From an uncultured Bacillota bacterium (GTDB lineage: Bacteria > Bacillota > DTU025 > MWDF01), in NCBI GenBank assembly GCA_963823655.1, contig CAWGMK010000013.1, positions 266,964-330,963 of the forward strand: a stretch of 64,000 nucleotides of DNA, read 5' to 3'. Of this stretch, positions 61,530-64,000 are shown one piece after another. Made by a program: the position numbers and the translations under genes. The stretch's first letter is position 1. Each line of letters starts with the position of its first letter. A model generated the notes under the pieces. The model had not been told where the DNA came from. It did not search any database and saw only the letters and a list, made by a program, of their open reading frames with translations.

Positions 61530-62207
61530 TCAGATTATCATCGCCGCCAGGGCCGCGATTAATAGCGCGGGCAGCATATTGCTCGCCTTGATCCCGGCTT
61601 TCAGCGCCAGGTTCATGCTAAGTCCCATCAGTATCAGGCCTCCTGCGGCCGTTATGTGCGCAATCATGGCCTCCGTCATGAGATGTCCGATAGAGCCCGC
61701 GGCAAGTGTGATACCGCCCTGCACTATGAATACTACAATCGCTGAGAAGCCCACGCCGATGCCCATGGTAGACGCGAGCGCCATCGAGCTTACCCCGTCC
61801 ATCACCGATTTCATGGCGAGAATCGAATAGTCTCCCCTGAGTCCGTCGGCGATAGAGCCCATCACTGTCATCGGGCCTATACAAAACAGCAGCGAGGCGG
61901 CCATAAGCCCTTCGGTGAACCTTCCCTCGCCAAGCTTTCCCAGCTTCGATTTCGCAATGTCCCCGAGGCCGTTGAGCCTTTCATCGAACTTGAGGACCAT
62001 ACCGAATATCGTGCCGAGCACCACGCAAATCAAGGTCACAAGCAGGTCCGGGGAGGAGCCTGCGTTCTTCAGGCCTATTACAAGCGTGAAAAGCCCCATC
62101 ACCCTTATGAGCTCGGAGCCGAATTGATCGGGGATCCTCCTTCTTAGAAGGATGCCGATAGCGGTGCCTGCGAGCACAGTGCCCGTATTCATGAGAGTCC
62201 CTATCAT
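61530..62207 (-). CDS. DUF554-family integral membrane protein (YqgA-like)
   Basis: Multi-TM hydrophobic profile and DUF554-like conserved segments. Confidence 0.6.
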   Translation of the reverse strand: MIGTLMNTGTVLAGTAIGILLRRRIPDQFGSELIRVMGLFTLVIGLKNAGSSPDLLVTLICVVLGTIFGMVLKFDERLNGLGDIAKSKLGKLGEGRFTEGLMAASLLFCIGPMTVMGSIADGLRGDYSILAMKSVMDGVSSMALASTMGIGVGFSAIVVFIVQGGITLAAGSIGHLMTEAMIAHITAAGGLILMGLSMNLALKAGIKASNMLPALLIAALAAMII

Positions 62208-62385
62208 CTGGCACCTCATTCCGGTGGAAATCTTACCTAATAATTATATCATCTAGCTTCCTGCTCTTTAAGGGCGAACAAAAACGATAAAGTAAGCGTC
62301 AACAGTTGTAGTTTGAGCGATTTGCCCGCATTACGATAATTTGTTAAAATACTTGTGATTTATTATACGAAAGGAGGAACCAACA

Positions 62386-62806
62386 TTGAAGAAGATTCTA
62401 GTAGTAGCTTTCGTACTAGCACTCGTCGCGGTGGTTTCCCTTGCAGTCTACGCAGCGGTACCCACACTAACCGTACCAGGCGTGAATGCCAAGGACGATC
62501 TGCCCAAAGGTTGCGTGGATTGCCACGTCAAGTCCGGTAGCACCGATATCGACGATCCTGGCCGGCATGAAGAAGCTCATCGCCGCAGGCACGCATCCCA
62601 AGGCCCCGGATACCATGGTAGACGAGCTCAAGGACTGCTACGGCTGCCACAAGGCGGGAGCCGCGGCCGGAACCGTAGGTACTGTAGTCCATGTATCGCA
62701 CTTCACCGGCGCCAACAACGCATTCGTGAAGGCTTACAGCGGCAACTGCACCTGGTGCCACAGCGTCGACCTCACAAAGGGTGTCGTCGGAGTCAAGGGC
62801 AAGTAA
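62386..62806 (+). CDS. Small secreted c-type cytochrome with three CxxCH haem-binding motifs (frame change near 62545)
   Basis: TTG start with RBS aaggagga; signal peptide MKKILVVAFVLALVAVVSLAVYA. Motifs CVDCH, CYGCH and CTWCH span the 62386 and 62486 frames. Confidence 0.6.
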
Positions 62807-62825
62807 CTAGCGTCGCATAAAGATT

Positions 62826-62858
62826 GGAGGGCGGTTTTCCGCCCTCCATTTTCTTTGT
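62826..62858. terminator. Bidirectional rho-independent terminator between convergent genes
   Basis: ggagggcgg-ttttcc-gccctcc hairpin followed by attttctttgt. Confidence 0.7.
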
Positions 62859-62883
62859 ACTTAAGTAGTTGTGCGGCCTCCCT

Positions 62884-64000
62884 CTACGGTGTGACGGGAA
62901 GGAATATCGCAACGACGCCCACTATGATTCCCAGCACGCCCAGTATCAGGCCGGTTATCCCAAGGCCCTTGATCTTCTTCATCTCCGCTTGCATGCTCTG
63001 ATTCTGCTCCGCAAGCTGGCCCTCAAGGGACTTTATCTGGCTGTTGAGCTTGGCTTCCCTCTCCTGGGCCTGTATGTCTATGTCGTCCTTCTGGTCGATT
63101 GACGCCTTCTCCAGGTCCTTGAGCTTGGCATCGGTCTTCACTTGCATATCGGCAAGCTTCGCCTCAAGAGTCTCCTGCTTTATCTTCAGCCTGTTAAGAT
63201 CGTCGCTCACTAACACCAGGAGCTTCGTCGTCGACTCGAGGTTGGATTTGAGAACATCAACCGAAGTCTCCAGCCTGGTAAGCCTGGACTCGATTGCCGC
63301 CACCTTCTCTTTAAGCGACGTTATGCTCGCGTTGGCGGTATCCATCGCCACCCTTAAGCCTGCTATCGAGAGGCCCAGCTCCGAATCTGCGTCCTGCAGC
63401 TCGATGGCGTTTCTTACTATCATAGCCTTGGAATCGGAGTCCACCTGGCTTATGGTGGCCTTCAGCTTCGCGATTTCGGACGTGAGCTTAGCATCCGAGT
63501 CAGCCCTTGTAGCCTTTTCCGCGTCGAGCAGCTGGAGCGCATTCTGGTATGATGTGCCCCCTTCCGCCGACAGGGCCGCCTTGAGTGCCGCCGCTTCCGT
63601 CTTTCTCTCCTGCTTCTCGTTCTCAAGTGCTAGCTGCAGGCCTGCCGCCGCCTTCTCTATATCGGCGCCAAGCACTTTGTTCAGCATTTCAAGCCTAGTC
63701 GCGGTAAGGACATCGGCATCGGCCCTGAACCTCGCCTCATCGCTTATCAGACCCTTTAGCGCCTCCACCGCCGATGCCAAATTCCTATCATTTTCTGCAT
63801 CAGTTGAAGCCAGGTTCTTATCGTTTTCTGCGTCGGTTGATGCAAGCATCGCTGACAGGGAATCAAGCTTAGCCGACAGAGAATCAAGCTTTACTTCCAA
63901 AGCCTTCCTGCTGCTGCTCTCGGTCTCGATATAGGCAGAGAGGTTGGTGACGGCCTTGTCGATATCCTGCCCTAACGCGGCCTTTATCGCTTCAATCTCC
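62884..64000 (-). CDS. Coiled-coil, C-terminally tail-anchored protein with internal repeats. The 5' end runs off the window
   Basis: Long heptad-rich Ala/Leu/Lys/Glu/Asp sequence, repeated LASTDAENDKN/LASTDAENDRN, and a C-terminal TM segment GLGITGLILGVLGIIVGVVAIFLPV. The frame stays open to position 64000. Confidence 0.55.
   Translation of the reverse strand, partial: EIEAIKAALGQDIDKAVTNLSAYIETESSSRKALEVKLDSLSAKLDSLSAMLASTDAENDKNLASTDAENDRNLASAVEALKGLISDEARFRADADVLTATRLEMLNKVLGADIEKAAAGLQLALENEKQERKTEAAALKAALSAEGGTSYQNALQLLDAEKATRADSDAKLTSEIAKLKATISQVDSDSKAMIVRNAIELQDADSELGLSIAGLRVAMDTANASITSLKEKVAAIESRLTRLETSVDVLKSNLESTTKLLVLVSDDLNRLKIKQETLEAKLADMQVKTDAKLKDLEKASIDQKDDIDIQAQEREAKLNSQIKSLEGQLAEQNQSMQAEMKKIKGLGITGLILGVLGIIVGVVAIFLPVTP

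Noticed and set aside
1-64000. Programmed ribosomal frameshifting or alternative genetic code as an explanation for the split genes
   Set aside because: Sites are not at slippery heptamers and do not recur at conserved positions. The sheer number of genes affected, including lexA, infB and rimP, argues for assembly indels instead.

Overview
The window is 64 kb of a fairly GC-rich (about 57%) Firmicutes-type chromosome, made up mostly of core housekeeping operons in the gene order conserved in Bacilli and Clostridia. The lineage markers are PolC, an ispH-rpsA fusion, a divergent yneA-lexA pair with Cheo-type LexA boxes, and the rimP-nusA-ylxR-ylxQ-infB-ylxP-rbfA-nrnA-truB-ribF-rpsO-pnp operon. 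After pnp comes a branched-chain/short-chain acid fermentation block (buk, ptb, a second buk, then vorDABC 2-oxoacid:ferredoxin oxidoreductase). This is followed by nudF-xerD-deoB-pdp, trpS, scpAB, an orphan trkA and rluB. A three-gene cluster of type IV pilin-like proteins then sits inside the otherwise conserved rluB..cmk interval. Next are cmk-plsC-tal-ispH/rpsA, a parvulin PPIase, a PDZ/radical-SAM DUF512 protein, der-plsY, tandem MgtC paralogs, surE, tRNA-Trp, pduL and an SOS island (yneA-like, lexA, family-4 UDG). A tRNA-bracketed patatin/YprB-exonuclease/DUF4139 segment follows, then the minus-strand block miaB-mutS-mutL-methyltransferase-miaA-ynbB, GNAT, dapL-dapF, a small multihaem c-type cytochrome and a coiled-coil tail-anchored protein. 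At least 20 genes are interrupted by single-nucleotide frame changes. They include essential or core genes (infB, lexA, mutS, miaA, rimP), so the most likely cause is indel error in the assembly rather than pseudogenisation. All frameshift calls should be read with that caveat. The most unusual observations are a PolC with a clean in-frame absence of the proofreading exonuclease domain, the orphan pilin/beta-helix cluster, peptide-level conserved tandem repeats in the IF-2 linker, and a small secreted protein with three CxxCH haem-binding motifs. No CRISPR array, integron, transposase or intact prophage was seen.
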